Source of the DNA: Candidatus Omnitrophota bacterium
Lineage (GTDB): Bacteria; Omnitrophota; Gorgyraeia; Gygaellales; Profunditerraquicolaceae
Direction of reading: 5' to 3'
Length of the DNA stretch: 60,097 nt
Assembly (NCBI GenBank): GCA_003598025.1
Contig: QZKH01000006.1
Coordinates: 313,930-374,026 of the forward strand
The first letter of the stretch is position 1. Every line of letters begins with the position of its first letter. The notes under the pieces were generated by a model that did not search any database, was not told where the DNA came from, and worked only from the letters and a program-made list of their open reading frames with translations. The translations under genes and the position numbers were made by a program. Shown piece after piece: positions 18,286-26,945 of the stretch.

Positions 18286-21081
18286 ATGGAAAATAATATT
18301 GTTATAAGAGGCGCCAGAGAGCACAACCTTAAGAATATAAATTTAAGCCTTCCGCGCAACAAGATGATAGTAATAACCGGGCTATCCGGTTCTGGTAAGT
18401 CCAGCCTGGCGTTCGATACCATATATGCAGAAGGGCAGAGAAGGTATGTAGAAAGCCTTTCCGCATATGCCCGTCAATTCCTTGAACAGCTGCAGAAGCC
18501 CGATGTGGAGTACATAGAAGGCCTGTCTCCGGCAATAGCAATAGAGCAAAGAGCTGCTTCCGGGAATCCGCGTTCAACAGTCGCCACCCAAACAGAAATC
18601 TATGATTACATAAGGCTTCTTTATTCGCGCATAGGGGCTGCTTATTGTTATAAATGCAAAGAGCCTATAAGCAGGCAGAGCCCGCAGGAAATAGTCAATA
18701 AAATATTAGATATTTTTTCAGGTAAAGATATACAAATATTGGCCCCGGTTATAAAAGGGAGAAAGGGGCAGTATCTGCAGGTCTTTGATCAGATACAAAA
18801 ATCCGGTTTCGTACGTTACCGTGCAGATGGCCAGGTATATCAGCTTCCGGAAAAACCAAAACTTGCAAAATACAAACAGCATAATATAGATATCTTAGTC
18901 GACAGGATTATTGTTAAGGAGGATGCTAAAAGCAGGCTTACGGATTCTATAGAAACCGCGCTAAAAGCAAGCAAGGGGCTGGTGATTGTGAACTGTGCTT
19001 CTCTGAAACAGGAGATTTCCTTCAGCGAACAATATACTTGCTCAAGATGCGGACAAAGCTATACCGAAATTGAGCCGCGTATCTTTTCATTCAATTCTCC
19101 TTATGGCGCATGCCCGGAGTGCAACGGCTTAGGCACAAAGTTTGAATTTGACCCTGACCTGGTTATACCCGATAAAACAAAATCAATAAACGGAGGAGCA
19201 ATTGCCCCCTGGAAAAGAGGCGGCAGGGGGTATATTTTGTATTATAGGTGGCTGATCAGGGAGCTGTCCTATAGGCTGAAATTTGACCTGGATACGCCTT
19301 TTTCTAAATTGCCAAAAGATATCCAGCGTTCTATTCTGTTTGGTTGCCAGGAAGAAGTGTCCGGGAAGCCATTTGAAGGCGTAATCCCTCATTTGGAAAG
19401 AATATTTAAGCAGACAGACAGTGATTACCTGAAAGAAGAAATTTCCAGGTTTATGTCCAGCCTGTCGTGTCCGGCATGCAAGGGGGCCAGGCTTAAAAAA
19501 GAGAGCCTGTCTGTTTTTGTAGATGGCAAGAATATATGGGAAGTAACAAAAATGCCCATTAAAGATAGCTATCGTTTCTTCTCAGAATTAAAATTGAGCG
19601 ACACGCAGAAGTTGATAGCAAGATTGATATTAAAAGAGCTTACAGATAGGCTTAAGTTTTGTATAGATGTCGGGTTGGATTATTTGACTCTCGACAGGAA
19701 AAGTTCTACCCTTTCCGGCGGGGAAGCCCAGAGGATAAGGCTTGCAACGCAGGTAGGTTCAGGATTGGTTGGTGTATTATATGTTTTGGATGAGCCCAGT
19801 ATAGGACTTCACCAGAGGGATAATAGGAAGCTTATTTCAACGCTTAAAGCCTTAAGGGATTTGGGCAATACTTTGATTGTTGTTGAGCATGATGAATACA
19901 CTATGCTGGCTTCTGATCATATTGTAGATTTAGGGCCTGCTGCCGGAAGAAACGGAGGTAAAGTCGTATTTTCTGGCTCGCTGCAGGAGCTCTTAGAAAA
20001 TAATGAGTCGCTCACTGCTAAATATTTAAAAGGGGATTTAAAGATAGACTCGCCTGTTGCCAGAAGAAAAGAGGGCGAAAATAAGTTTATCGAAATAAAA
20101 GGAGCCAGGGAACACAACCTTAAAAATATCGATGTCAGGTTTCCCTTGGGATTGTTTATCGCAGTAACGGGAGTTTCTGGTTCCGGTAAATCAACATTAA
20201 TTGACGAAATATTATTCAGAGGGCTTTCCCAAAAATTATATAATTCAAAAGAAAAGCCAGGGCTGCATAAAAGCATATCCGGTTGGCAGAATATAGACAA
20301 GGTCATAGTGGTTGATCAGTCTCCTATAGGCAGGACACCCAGGTCTAATCCCGCTACTTATACGGGGGTTTTTACGCACATAAGAGATATTTTTAGCCGC
20401 CTGCCTCAGGCTAAGGCCAGAGGTTATAAGCCGGGCAGGTTTTCCTTCAATGTTAAGGGCGGCAGGTGCGAGGCCTGCCTGGGTGACGGGATAAAGAAAA
20501 TTGAGATGCATTTCCTTGCCGATATTTATATAAAATGCGACGTGTGCAAAGGAAAGCGTTTCAATGACTCGACGTTGGAGGTAAAATACAAAGATAAATC
20601 AATCTCTGATGTGCTGGATATGACGGTTGAAGAAGCAATCGGTTTATTTGAGAATATCCCCAGAATAAAGCATACTTTGAATTATCTTTATGAGGTAGGT
20701 TTAGGATATATCCAGCTTGGGCAGCCTGCCACCACTTTATCAGGAGGCGAAGCGCAAAGAATGAAGTTATCTGCAGAGCTAAGCAGGCGTGATACAGGCA
20801 GGACTCTTTATATATTGGATGAGCCTACTACCGGGCTGCATTTTGCTGATGTAGCCAGACTTATTTCAGTCCTGCAGAAATTAGTGGACAAAGGTAATAC
20901 CGTCGTAGTGGTGGAACACAACCTTGATGTTATAAAATGCGCAGATCATATTATAGACTTAGGCCCTGAAGGCGGGGATAGAGGGGGCCGGGTTGTAGCT
21001 AGCGGTGTGCCTGAAAACATAATTAAAATTGAAAGTTCATATACTGGTCAGTATCTTAGAAAAATCTTGAGCGCCAAATAG
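18286..21081 (+). CDS. uvrA: excinuclease ABC subunit A
   Basis: 931 aa. Two ABC ATPase modules (GLSGSGKSS and GVSGSGKST), LSGGEAQR twice, and zinc-finger Cys clusters. Confidence 0.97.
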   Translation: MENNIVIRGAREHNLKNINLSLPRNKMIVITGLSGSGKSSLAFDTIYAEGQRRYVESLSAYARQFLEQLQKPDVEYIEGLSPAIAIEQRAASGNPRSTVATQTEIYDYIRLLYSRIGAAYCYKCKEPISRQSPQEIVNKILDIFSGKDIQILAPVIKGRKGQYLQVFDQIQKSGFVRYRADGQVYQLPEKPKLAKYKQHNIDILVDRIIVKEDAKSRLTDSIETALKASKGLVIVNCASLKQEISFSEQYTCSRCGQSYTEIEPRIFSFNSPYGACPECNGLGTKFEFDPDLVIPDKTKSINGGAIAPWKRGGRGYILYYRWLIRELSYRLKFDLDTPFSKLPKDIQRSILFGCQEEVSGKPFEGVIPHLERIFKQTDSDYLKEEISRFMSSLSCPACKGARLKKESLSVFVDGKNIWEVTKMPIKDSYRFFSELKLSDTQKLIARLILKELTDRLKFCIDVGLDYLTLDRKSSTLSGGEAQRIRLATQVGSGLVGVLYVLDEPSIGLHQRDNRKLISTLKALRDLGNTLIVVEHDEYTMLASDHIVDLGPAAGRNGGKVVFSGSLQELLENNESLTAKYLKGDLKIDSPVARRKEGENKFIEIKGAREHNLKNIDVRFPLGLFIAVTGVSGSGKSTLIDEILFRGLSQKLYNSKEKPGLHKSISGWQNIDKVIVVDQSPIGRTPRSNPATYTGVFTHIRDIFSRLPQAKARGYKPGRFSFNVKGGRCEACLGDGIKKIEMHFLADIYIKCDVCKGKRFNDSTLEVKYKDKSISDVLDMTVEEAIGLFENIPRIKHTLNYLYEVGLGYIQLGQPATTLSGGEAQRMKLSAELSRRDTGRTLYILDEPTTGLHFADVARLISVLQKLVDKGNTVVVVEHNLDVIKCADHIIDLGPEGGDRGGRVVASGVPENIIKIESSYTGQYLRKILSAK

Positions 21082-21101
21082 CAGCATGTTATAGTCTATT
21101 T

Positions 21102-23606
21102 ATGAAAATAAAATTCAAATTAACATCAATTTGCAGGTTGAGATTAATTTTCTTGCTTTCTTTCTTATTTACTGCTTGCTTTATTATTGCCAACCAGATG
21201 CCAGTCATCGCTGCAGAAGAACATAAGGAAGAGGAATCATTCCTTGTAGCAAGGAAGGCTTTTGATGACGGTTTTTATGATGTCAGTCTTGGTTTGCTGG
21301 CCAGGTTTATAAATGAGAACCCTTCATCAAAAAAAATCAGCGAGGCCAAGCTTCTAATCGGGCAGTGTTACTATTACCAGGGCAAGTATCTGGATGCCCT
21401 TGCCAAATTTGATGAGCTTTTAAAACAGCCGTCTGCCTTAACTATAAAAGATGCAGTATTGTATTGGATAGCAGAGGTGCATTTTAAAGGCAACGATTTC
21501 AGGAAAGCAAATAAATTTTATCAAAGAATAATTGATGAACATCCTAATTCTGAGTATTTGGCTTCTTGCTATTATTCAATCGGCTGGTGTTATTTCCAGG
21601 GGCAGGAGTATGAAGAGGCCTTAAAGAGCTTTGAGAAAGTAGAAAAAGATTTTCCTTCCAGTGTCCATGCTGATGATGCTGCACATAAGATTATTGATTG
21701 CCTATATAATTTAAAAGATTATTCTTCGTTAAAGAGCAAAATAAACTCTTATATTAAGAAGACAAAAGATAAACAAAGGCAGGCATATTTAAACTTTTAT
21801 CTTGCGGAAGCAGATTACTATTTAGGAGATTATAATCCGGCAATAGATGAATATTCAAAGGCACTTTTATTAACCGATGAAGCCTACTTAAAGTCATTGT
21901 GCAACCTGGGTTTGGGATGGGCTTATTTAAAAGCAAAAAATTATCAACGCGCGGATGAGGTATTCCAGAGCGTAAGTACTGATACGCTCGAGAAAAAAAG
22001 CAGGGATGCTTTATTGTTAGGTGAGGCAGTATTGTTGTCCGAAACAAATATGCTTAATGAAGCCAGGCTTGCTTATGAGAAATTAATAGCACACACCGAT
22101 GATCCTTTTGTCCTTGCCCAGGCTTACCTGGGGAAATCCGAAGCTTTTTATAATCTTGCCGATTATGCAAAAGCAATTGATACATATAAAGAGGCTTTAA
22201 GCCGTTTATCGGATGGGCCTGTCTCTGAATATATTGATAAGATCCACTATGGTTTGGCCTGGGCTTATATAAAAGAGGGTTTGTTTAAAGAGGCCATCGA
22301 TGAGTTCAATAAAGTCGCCAAACAAAGCGAGGATAAAGTAATTAAGATCGCCGCCCTTTGTCAGGTCGGGGATACTTATCAGGATTCCGGAGAGTATCAG
22401 AAAGCCATAGAGACTTACGATAAGTTATTAAGAGATTATCCCGTTTCGCTATATAACGATTATATTCAATATCAACTTGGAGTAGCATTTCTTAAAAGCT
22501 CCAAATATGATGCGGCAATAATGGCATTCAGGAAGCTCGAAAATGATTTCCCTAATTCTAAGCTTCTTGATGAAGCTGCTTATGCTTTGGGCCTAGCTTA
22601 TTTTCAGATGAAAGATTACAGCGCAAGTGAAGAGGCTTTTAGAAAATTAAAACAGGAATTCAAATCCAGTAATCTTGGAGCGCAGGCTACATATCTATTA
22701 GGGACGAGCTTGTATAATCAGTCTAAATTCCAGGAGGCAATAGAGGTGTTTAAGGATATCGCGCGGCTTTATAGCGGCGATAAAGAGCTGATGCAAAAAG
22801 CTGAGTTTGAGATAGCAGAATGCTATTATCAGATGGGTAACGAAAAAGAGGCGATTTCAAGATTTAAGGCTTTGCGTTCCAAATACCCTGATTCAAACTT
22901 GACAGCTGAGATCATGTGGTGGCTTGGGCAGTTTTACTACCGCAGCAAAGAGCTGGCACTCGCAAAGAGGTATTTCATCTCTATTATAAGAGATTTTCCT
23001 AAGAGCAGCCTTGTAGCTTCCAGCTATTATGCATTAGGGCTGATCTCTTCCGATGAAGGGCAGTATCAGCAGGCACTGGATAATCTTGAGAAAGTAATCA
23101 GTTTATCATCTTCGGATTTAGCTGCCCAGGCAGCAGTTGCAATGGCGGATATCTATATTAAACAGGGTGATTATGATTCTTCGCTTAAGATTTGCAAGCA
23201 GCTTATTACAAAATACAAGAATCTTCACAGTATAATATACCCCAAGATAGCCGATATATATATTCTTATTAGCGATTTTAAAAACGCTGCTTGGTATTAC
23301 CGTTTGAGCCTTGATGCTGTGCCGGTTAAAGAAATGGCACAAATACAATTCAAGCTGGCTGAGAGCATTCAATCGCAAGGTTTGGATGATGAAGCTATTG
23401 CAGAATATTTCAAGGTTGGTTATATGTATTCTGCTAATGATGAATTAAACCTGAAATCACTTTTAAGAATAGCAGCCATATATGAGAAAAATGAACGGTT
23501 CAGAGAAGCCAGGGATGTATACCGCAAGGTAGTGGCTTTAAATGTATCGGAATCAAAATACGCCCAGGAAAGGATAGATTGGATAAATACCCAATTAAGT
23601 AAATAG
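21102..23606 (+). CDS. large TPR-repeat protein with N-terminal signal/lipobox-like segment (YbgF/CpoB-like repeats)
   Basis: 834 aa. N-terminal hydrophobic segment ending LFTAC. Many 34-aa A-x-Y/F-x-LG/A repeats. Sits directly upstream of exbB/exbD-like genes. Confidence 0.65.
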   Translation: MKIKFKLTSICRLRLIFLLSFLFTACFIIANQMPVIAAEEHKEEESFLVARKAFDDGFYDVSLGLLARFINENPSSKKISEAKLLIGQCYYYQGKYLDALAKFDELLKQPSALTIKDAVLYWIAEVHFKGNDFRKANKFYQRIIDEHPNSEYLASCYYSIGWCYFQGQEYEEALKSFEKVEKDFPSSVHADDAAHKIIDCLYNLKDYSSLKSKINSYIKKTKDKQRQAYLNFYLAEADYYLGDYNPAIDEYSKALLLTDEAYLKSLCNLGLGWAYLKAKNYQRADEVFQSVSTDTLEKKSRDALLLGEAVLLSETNMLNEARLAYEKLIAHTDDPFVLAQAYLGKSEAFYNLADYAKAIDTYKEALSRLSDGPVSEYIDKIHYGLAWAYIKEGLFKEAIDEFNKVAKQSEDKVIKIAALCQVGDTYQDSGEYQKAIETYDKLLRDYPVSLYNDYIQYQLGVAFLKSSKYDAAIMAFRKLENDFPNSKLLDEAAYALGLAYFQMKDYSASEEAFRKLKQEFKSSNLGAQATYLLGTSLYNQSKFQEAIEVFKDIARLYSGDKELMQKAEFEIAECYYQMGNEKEAISRFKALRSKYPDSNLTAEIMWWLGQFYYRSKELALAKRYFISIIRDFPKSSLVASSYYALGLISSDEGQYQQALDNLEKVISLSSSDLAAQAAVAMADIYIKQGDYDSSLKICKQLITKYKNLHSIIYPKIADIYILISDFKNAAWYYRLSLDAVPVKEMAQIQFKLAESIQSQGLDDEAIAEYFKVGYMYSANDELNLKSLLRIAAIYEKNERFREARDVYRKVVALNVSESKYAQERIDWINTQLSK

Positions 23607-23632
23607 TCAGCAAAATTTAAAGGAGGGAAATT

Positions 23633-24265
23633 ATGGATTTGTATAAGATGAGTTTATTGCAAATTTTTATTGCCGGAGGGCCGGTAATGTGGCCGATAAT
23701 GCTATGTTCGGTTTTTGCGTTAGCTATCATAATAGAGAAATTTTGGCATATCCATAGAGTAAAGATCGATACAAGCCAGTTTCTTTCCAGTATATTGGAT
23801 AAAATCAAAAGGCATGAGATAAGGGAGGCCCTGGAAATCTGCGATAAAACTAAGAGCCCGGTTTCCCATATCTTAAAAGCAGGCATACTTAAACACGATA
23901 GGCCGCGGCCGCAGATAAAGGAGGCTATTGAAGACGCTTCTCTATACGAAATACCTAAGCTTGAGAAGAATCTTTCTACCCTGGCGACATTGGCACATAT
24001 TTCGCCGTTACTAGGCCTTTTAGGCACAGTAACAGGTATGGTGCGTGCCTTCCAGGTTATCCAGGCGAAAGCAACTACTCTTCATCCTGTATCTCCCGGG
24101 GACCTGGCTGGAGGCATATGGGAAGCTTTATTGACTACAGTGCTAGGCCTGATGGTTGCTATTCCTACTTTTGTTGCCTACAATTATCTGGTAAGCAGGA
24201 TAAACAGTTTTATTTTAGAGATGGAAAAAGCCGCCACAGAATTGATAAACTTTTTGACAGATTAA
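23633..24265 (+). CDS. MotA/TolQ/ExbB proton-channel family protein
   Basis: Three TM segments and the conserved LGLLGTVTGM and GIWEALLTTVLGL blocks. Confidence 0.85.
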   Translation: MDLYKMSLLQIFIAGGPVMWPIMLCSVFALAIIIEKFWHIHRVKIDTSQFLSSILDKIKRHEIREALEICDKTKSPVSHILKAGILKHDRPRPQIKEAIEDASLYEIPKLEKNLSTLATLAHISPLLGLLGTVTGMVRAFQVIQAKATTLHPVSPGDLAGGIWEALLTTVLGLMVAIPTFVAYNYLVSRINSFILEMEKAATELINFLTD

Positions 24266-24275
24266 GGAGCAGGCG

Positions 24276-24677
24276 ATGAAGTTCAAACGTCATATGGAAT
24301 TAGAGCACGGCTTAAGGCAGATTGATATAGCCCCGCTTATTGATGTGGTTTTTCAGCTGTTGATATTCTTTATGCTTACTTCGAGTTTTATAATGCAGCC
24401 TGGGATCAAAGTCAGTTTACCTAAGGCGGTCACAAGCGAAGTGGTGAAGCACGAAAATATAGAAATAATAATTTCTTCAGAGAATATTACTTATTTTAAT
24501 GGCAACGTTGTTAATACCGGCGAATTAAAAAAGTTGATTAAACAGGCCTCTAAAAGGAATAATTCGGTTTTAATCAAGGCTGATAAGCGGGCATCACTGG
24601 GCAGGGTAGTGGAGATATGGGATTTATGCCGTGACTCGGGCGTTGCCCAGATTAACATCGCCACCAATCAGGAATGA
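24276..24677 (+). CDS. ExbD/TolR family protein
   Basis: 133 aa. N-terminal IDIAPLIDVVFQLLIFFM TM segment and the periplasmic LIKADKRASLGRVVEIWD block. Confidence 0.85.
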   Translation: MKFKRHMELEHGLRQIDIAPLIDVVFQLLIFFMLTSSFIMQPGIKVSLPKAVTSEVVKHENIEIIISSENITYFNGNVVNTGELKKLIKQASKRNNSVLIKADKRASLGRVVEIWDLCRDSGVAQINIATNQE

Positions 24678-25291
24678 GGTCCGGTTTGTTGAGGAAAGCT
24701 ATTTTTTTGTCAGCATTAGGGCATTTCTCAGCATTTGTTTTATTTAGTTTCTCATTCGGCAGCAACCTAAGCCCCTTAAATGCACCCCAAATATTGTTCT
24801 GGGGCTCATTCCTAAAACAAGCCGACTTAAAAATAAATCATAGCTATGTTGAAACACCGGCTGCTATAGAAAAAATACAGATATATCTGCCTAGGTCCTC
24901 CGCGTTCAAGATAAGCTCTGCTGAAATGTCAGTTTTTACTAAACCGCAATTACGCTGTTTTTATAATGATAAAAAGATGAGTTTCGCACAAAGGGCTGTT
25001 TATAATAATACTGATGATAAAAAAAGCAGGGTAATAATATTCAAACCGGGTTTGCCGGAAGATCTAATGATATATTTTAAAGACCGGCAGCAGGCTTATC
25101 TTGAACTTGCCTACACTTCTGGAAACCCTGATAATCCCGGACTTTTGTTAATAAAGCGTAAGATATCTTCAGGCAATCTGGAAGTTGATTTGCTTTGCAT
25201 GCGTTATTTAAGCCACTACCTTTCATTAAGAAGGGATCTTTTTACTTCCAATAAATGGAACAAAGCCAGCATAGAGCTGGCGCCAAAATAA
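24674..25291 (+). CDS. divergent TonB-family-like energy transducer (tentative)
   Basis: Single N-terminal TM with S-x3-H (SALGH). C-terminal ISSGNLEVDLLCMRYL resembles the TonB_C SSG..LD motif. No Pro-rich linker. Positionally equivalent to tonB/tolA. Confidence 0.4.
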   Translation: MRSGLLRKAIFLSALGHFSAFVLFSFSFGSNLSPLNAPQILFWGSFLKQADLKINHSYVETPAAIEKIQIYLPRSSAFKISSAEMSVFTKPQLRCFYNDKKMSFAQRAVYNNTDDKKSRVIIFKPGLPEDLMIYFKDRQQAYLELAYTSGNPDNPGLLLIKRKISSGNLEVDLLCMRYLSHYLSLRRDLFTSNKWNKASIELAPK

Positions 25292-25512
25292 TGATAAATG
25301 TAAATTTCTATTGGGCCATAGCGTTTTACATAATATTATTTATAAGTGTAATAGTAATAGCGTGGTTGCTGGCAAGGGATGATAAAGATAAAGATTTATC
25401 GGTTGATCAAAAATTTATCTGGTTTTGTTATTTCTGTACATATACATATATAAATACCCGGGATAACCGTATATCAATATGCCCGCGCTGCGGAAGCTAC
25501 AACAAGAAATGA
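25291..25512 (+). CDS. small membrane protein with C-terminal zinc-ribbon (CxxC..CxxC)
   Basis: Start is MINVNFYWAIAFYIILFISVIVIAWLL (TM), then CYFC-x15-CPRC. TAATG overlap with the upstream gene. Confidence 0.45.
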   Translation: MINVNFYWAIAFYIILFISVIVIAWLLARDDKDKDLSVDQKFIWFCYFCTYTYINTRDNRISICPRCGSYNKK

Positions 25513-25617
25513 AGCTCCTCATGCTAAAGCCCGAGGCTTCTTGGAGCGAAATACTGAGCGTACACACCCCATCCGCACCTTGAAAGGTGAGGTTCTGTGG
25601 CCGCGAACGTATAAATT
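25511..25617 (-). repeat. 107-bp dispersed repeat, copy A (inverted relative to copy B at 49751-49857)
   Basis: The reverse complement aligns base-for-base with 49751-49857 with about 11 mismatches and no gaps, counted by eye. Confidence 0.9.
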
Positions 25618-25636
25618 CCAAATACCAATTATTATT

Positions 25637-25704
25637 AGTTCACAGATCACGGTTCACAGTGGACAGTTCACAGCAATATTCTGTGAACCATGAACCATAA
25701 ACTG
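25637..25704. repeat. two opposed heptamer arrays forming an imperfect palindrome
   Basis: AGTTCAC AGATCAC GGTTCAC AGTGGAC AGTTCAC, then spacer CAATATT, then the inverted units TGTGAAC CATGAAC CATAAAC. The core palindrome is GTTCACAG/CTGTGAAC (25666-25688). Confidence 0.9.
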
Positions 25705-25788
25705 TTAATCATGGCTGCCGCCTGTCTACCGGCAGGTAGGGCAGGCAGGCATGAACCGTAAAGTCGCCTGCAAGCAGACGTAGTGCTC

Positions 25789-25850
25789 AATACGCTATAC
25801 GCAATACGCCTAAGCTTTATTGTGTCTTTGTGACGTGTGACCTTGTGTCC
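25789..25850. repeat. additional short tandem arrays (AATACGC TATACGC AATACGC; TTGTGTC/TTGTGAC/GTGTGAC units)
   Basis: Heptamer period is seen directly. The second array is the reverse-complement flavour of the GGTCACA units in lysA. Confidence 0.75.
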
Positions 25851-25886
25851 CAAATTATCAAAATTTATGAACTAGTAAAATAGTTA

Positions 25887-25914
25887 TTGACAGCAAGTTT
25901 ATTTTATCTAAAAT
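25887..25914 (+). promoter_or_regulatory. sigma70-like promoter candidate for the filament locus
   Basis: TTGACA (25887-25892), 16 nt spacer, TAAAAT (25909-25914). Confidence 0.45.
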
Positions 25915-25931
25915 AAGTATCGGAGGTTAAT

Positions 25932-26138
25932 ATGATTATAGAAATAGGAATAGTTGCTGGGGACATTTGGCATTATTTGGATCAACATGGCGAAGTCACT
26001 CTTGCTGAAATAGTAAAAGGTATAGATAAGCCGCGTGATAATGTTCTGATGAGCATTGGCTGGCTTGCCCGCGAAGGCCACGTATTATTACAAAAGGCAA
26101 ATAACGATTACTTAGTCAGTTTAAGAAAAGATGGTTAA
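25932..26138 (+). CDS. small winged-helix protein (DUF2582-like)
   Basis: 68 aa. The pattern AGDIWHYLDQHGEVTLAEIVKGI...SIGWLAREG recalls the DUF2582 winged-HTH family. 8-nt overlap with the next gene. Confidence 0.5.
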   Translation: MIIEIGIVAGDIWHYLDQHGEVTLAEIVKGIDKPRDNVLMSIGWLAREGHVLLQKANNDYLVSLRKDG

Positions 26139-26547
26139 GACTCTCCGTTCTAGAAAAGGGGCGGCCCTTTTTGTCGTTTTAGGCACCTTATTAATAGTTA
26201 CAGTTCTGGCTAATGTAGCCCTTACGCTTATCGCTAACCAGGCGCGCCTTACCCACCACCAATTGAGCAGAATCCAGGCTTATTATGCCGGTATGGCAGG
26301 TATTAATTTAGCCTATCAAATGATGCTGCAGAATGATGCCTGTTGGCCGATACCTGGTGCTAGCAGCAGCTACACCAGGACTATTTGCCCTACATGTAAC
26401 ACCGGTTGTAACGTTGTTGAAACCCAGTTCCCTCATACTATCAATAGTGTAACTGTCTTAGTCCAGGGCAGGAATTTGTGTAATCCTGTACCACCTACCG
26501 GCATACCTGCTTGTATCTCTTCAACAGTAGATTATACTGCTCCATAA
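26131..26547 (+). CDS. PilX/GspK-like minor pseudopilin (no Glu5), Cys-rich C-terminus
   Basis: RKGAALFVVLGTLLIVTVLANVALTL N-terminal hydrophobic helix typical of PilX_N/GspK. Six Cys in the C-terminal half. Confidence 0.5.
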   Translation: MVKTLRSRKGAALFVVLGTLLIVTVLANVALTLIANQARLTHHQLSRIQAYYAGMAGINLAYQMMLQNDACWPIPGASSSYTRTICPTCNTGCNVVETQFPHTINSVTVLVQGRNLCNPVPPTGIPACISSTVDYTAP

Positions 26548-26552
26548 CTAAA

Positions 26553-26579
26553 TAATTAAAACTAAGTAAGTTTAAGTAA
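26553..26579 (+). repeat. 27-bp direct repeat, copy 1 (TAATTAAAACTAAGTAAGTTTAAGTAA)
   Basis: Identical to 26640-26666. Confidence 0.95.
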
Positions 26580-26639
26580 GTATATTACTATTTTGTATGC
26601 TTTAATTAATGGTTAATATCCCGTCGATAAAATATCTTG

Positions 26640-26666
26640 TAATTAAAACTAAGTAAGTTTAAGTAA
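26640..26666 (+). repeat. 27-bp direct repeat, copy 2
   Basis: Identical to 26553-26579, 87 bp downstream. Lies 18 bp upstream of a TTGACA hexamer. Confidence 0.95.
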
Positions 26667-26684
26667 ATAAACATAAAAAAACAC

Positions 26685-26713
26685 TTGACAAAATAAGACT
26701 TTTAGGTTTTAAT
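26685..26713 (+). promoter_or_regulatory. promoter candidate upstream of the HTH gene and pilM-like operon
   Basis: TTGACA (26685-26690), 17 nt spacer, TTTAAT (26708-26713). The -10 element is weak. Confidence 0.3.
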
Positions 26714-26753
26714 GATAACCGTTATTGTTTAGGATAGGAAAGGTTAGCAAAGT

Positions 26754-26945
26754 ATGGCAAAACTGATAGATATTGATGATTTAGCAAGTTATCTTAAGCT
26801 TAAAAAGCAAACCATCTACAACTGGCTCCATGAGGGCAAGATTTCCGGGATAAAAGTAGGCGGCGTATGGCGTTTTGACCGCAGAGAAGTGGACGCCTGG
26901 CTAAGAAGCAAGCGTAAATCATACAAAGTAGGGGATAAGCAATGA
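26754..26945 (+). CDS. excisionase/MerR-type helix-turn-helix DNA-binding protein
   Basis: 63 aa. LASYLKLKKQTIYNWLHEGKISGIKVGGVWRFDRREVDAWL is the classic 'excisionase family' HTH_17 pattern. Confidence 0.7.
   Translation: MAKLIDIDDLASYLKLKKQTIYNWLHEGKISGIKVGGVWRFDRREVDAWLRSKRKSYKVGDKQ

Noticed and set aside
18286-21081. uvrA checked for being a class II/duplicated (drug-resistance type) UvrA paralogue.
   Set aside because: The length (931 aa), both ATPase modules, the Zn-finger cysteines and the UvrB-binding-region length all look canonical. Nothing unusual was seen.
3083-25850. Whether the short tandem arrays could be CRISPR-like.
   Set aside because: The units are 7-8 nt and directly abutting with no spacers, and no cas genes are in the window. 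They are not CRISPR arrays.
25415-25853. Minus-strand ORFs 25415-25621 (68 aa) and 25668-25853 (61 aa) in the large intergenic gap.
   Set aside because: Both are composed of the 107-bp repeat or heptamer-array DNA. The corresponding frame in the second copy of the 107-bp element is not conserved (frame and stop differ). No RBS is present.
26754-26945. The excisionase-family HTH together with the tail-fibre-like gene at 53696 as evidence of a prophage or integrative element.
   Set aside because: No integrase, recombinase, transposase, capsid, terminase or att-like duplication flanks either gene. The HTH heads a pilus-assembly operon, and this small HTH family is commonly used as a plain regulator.
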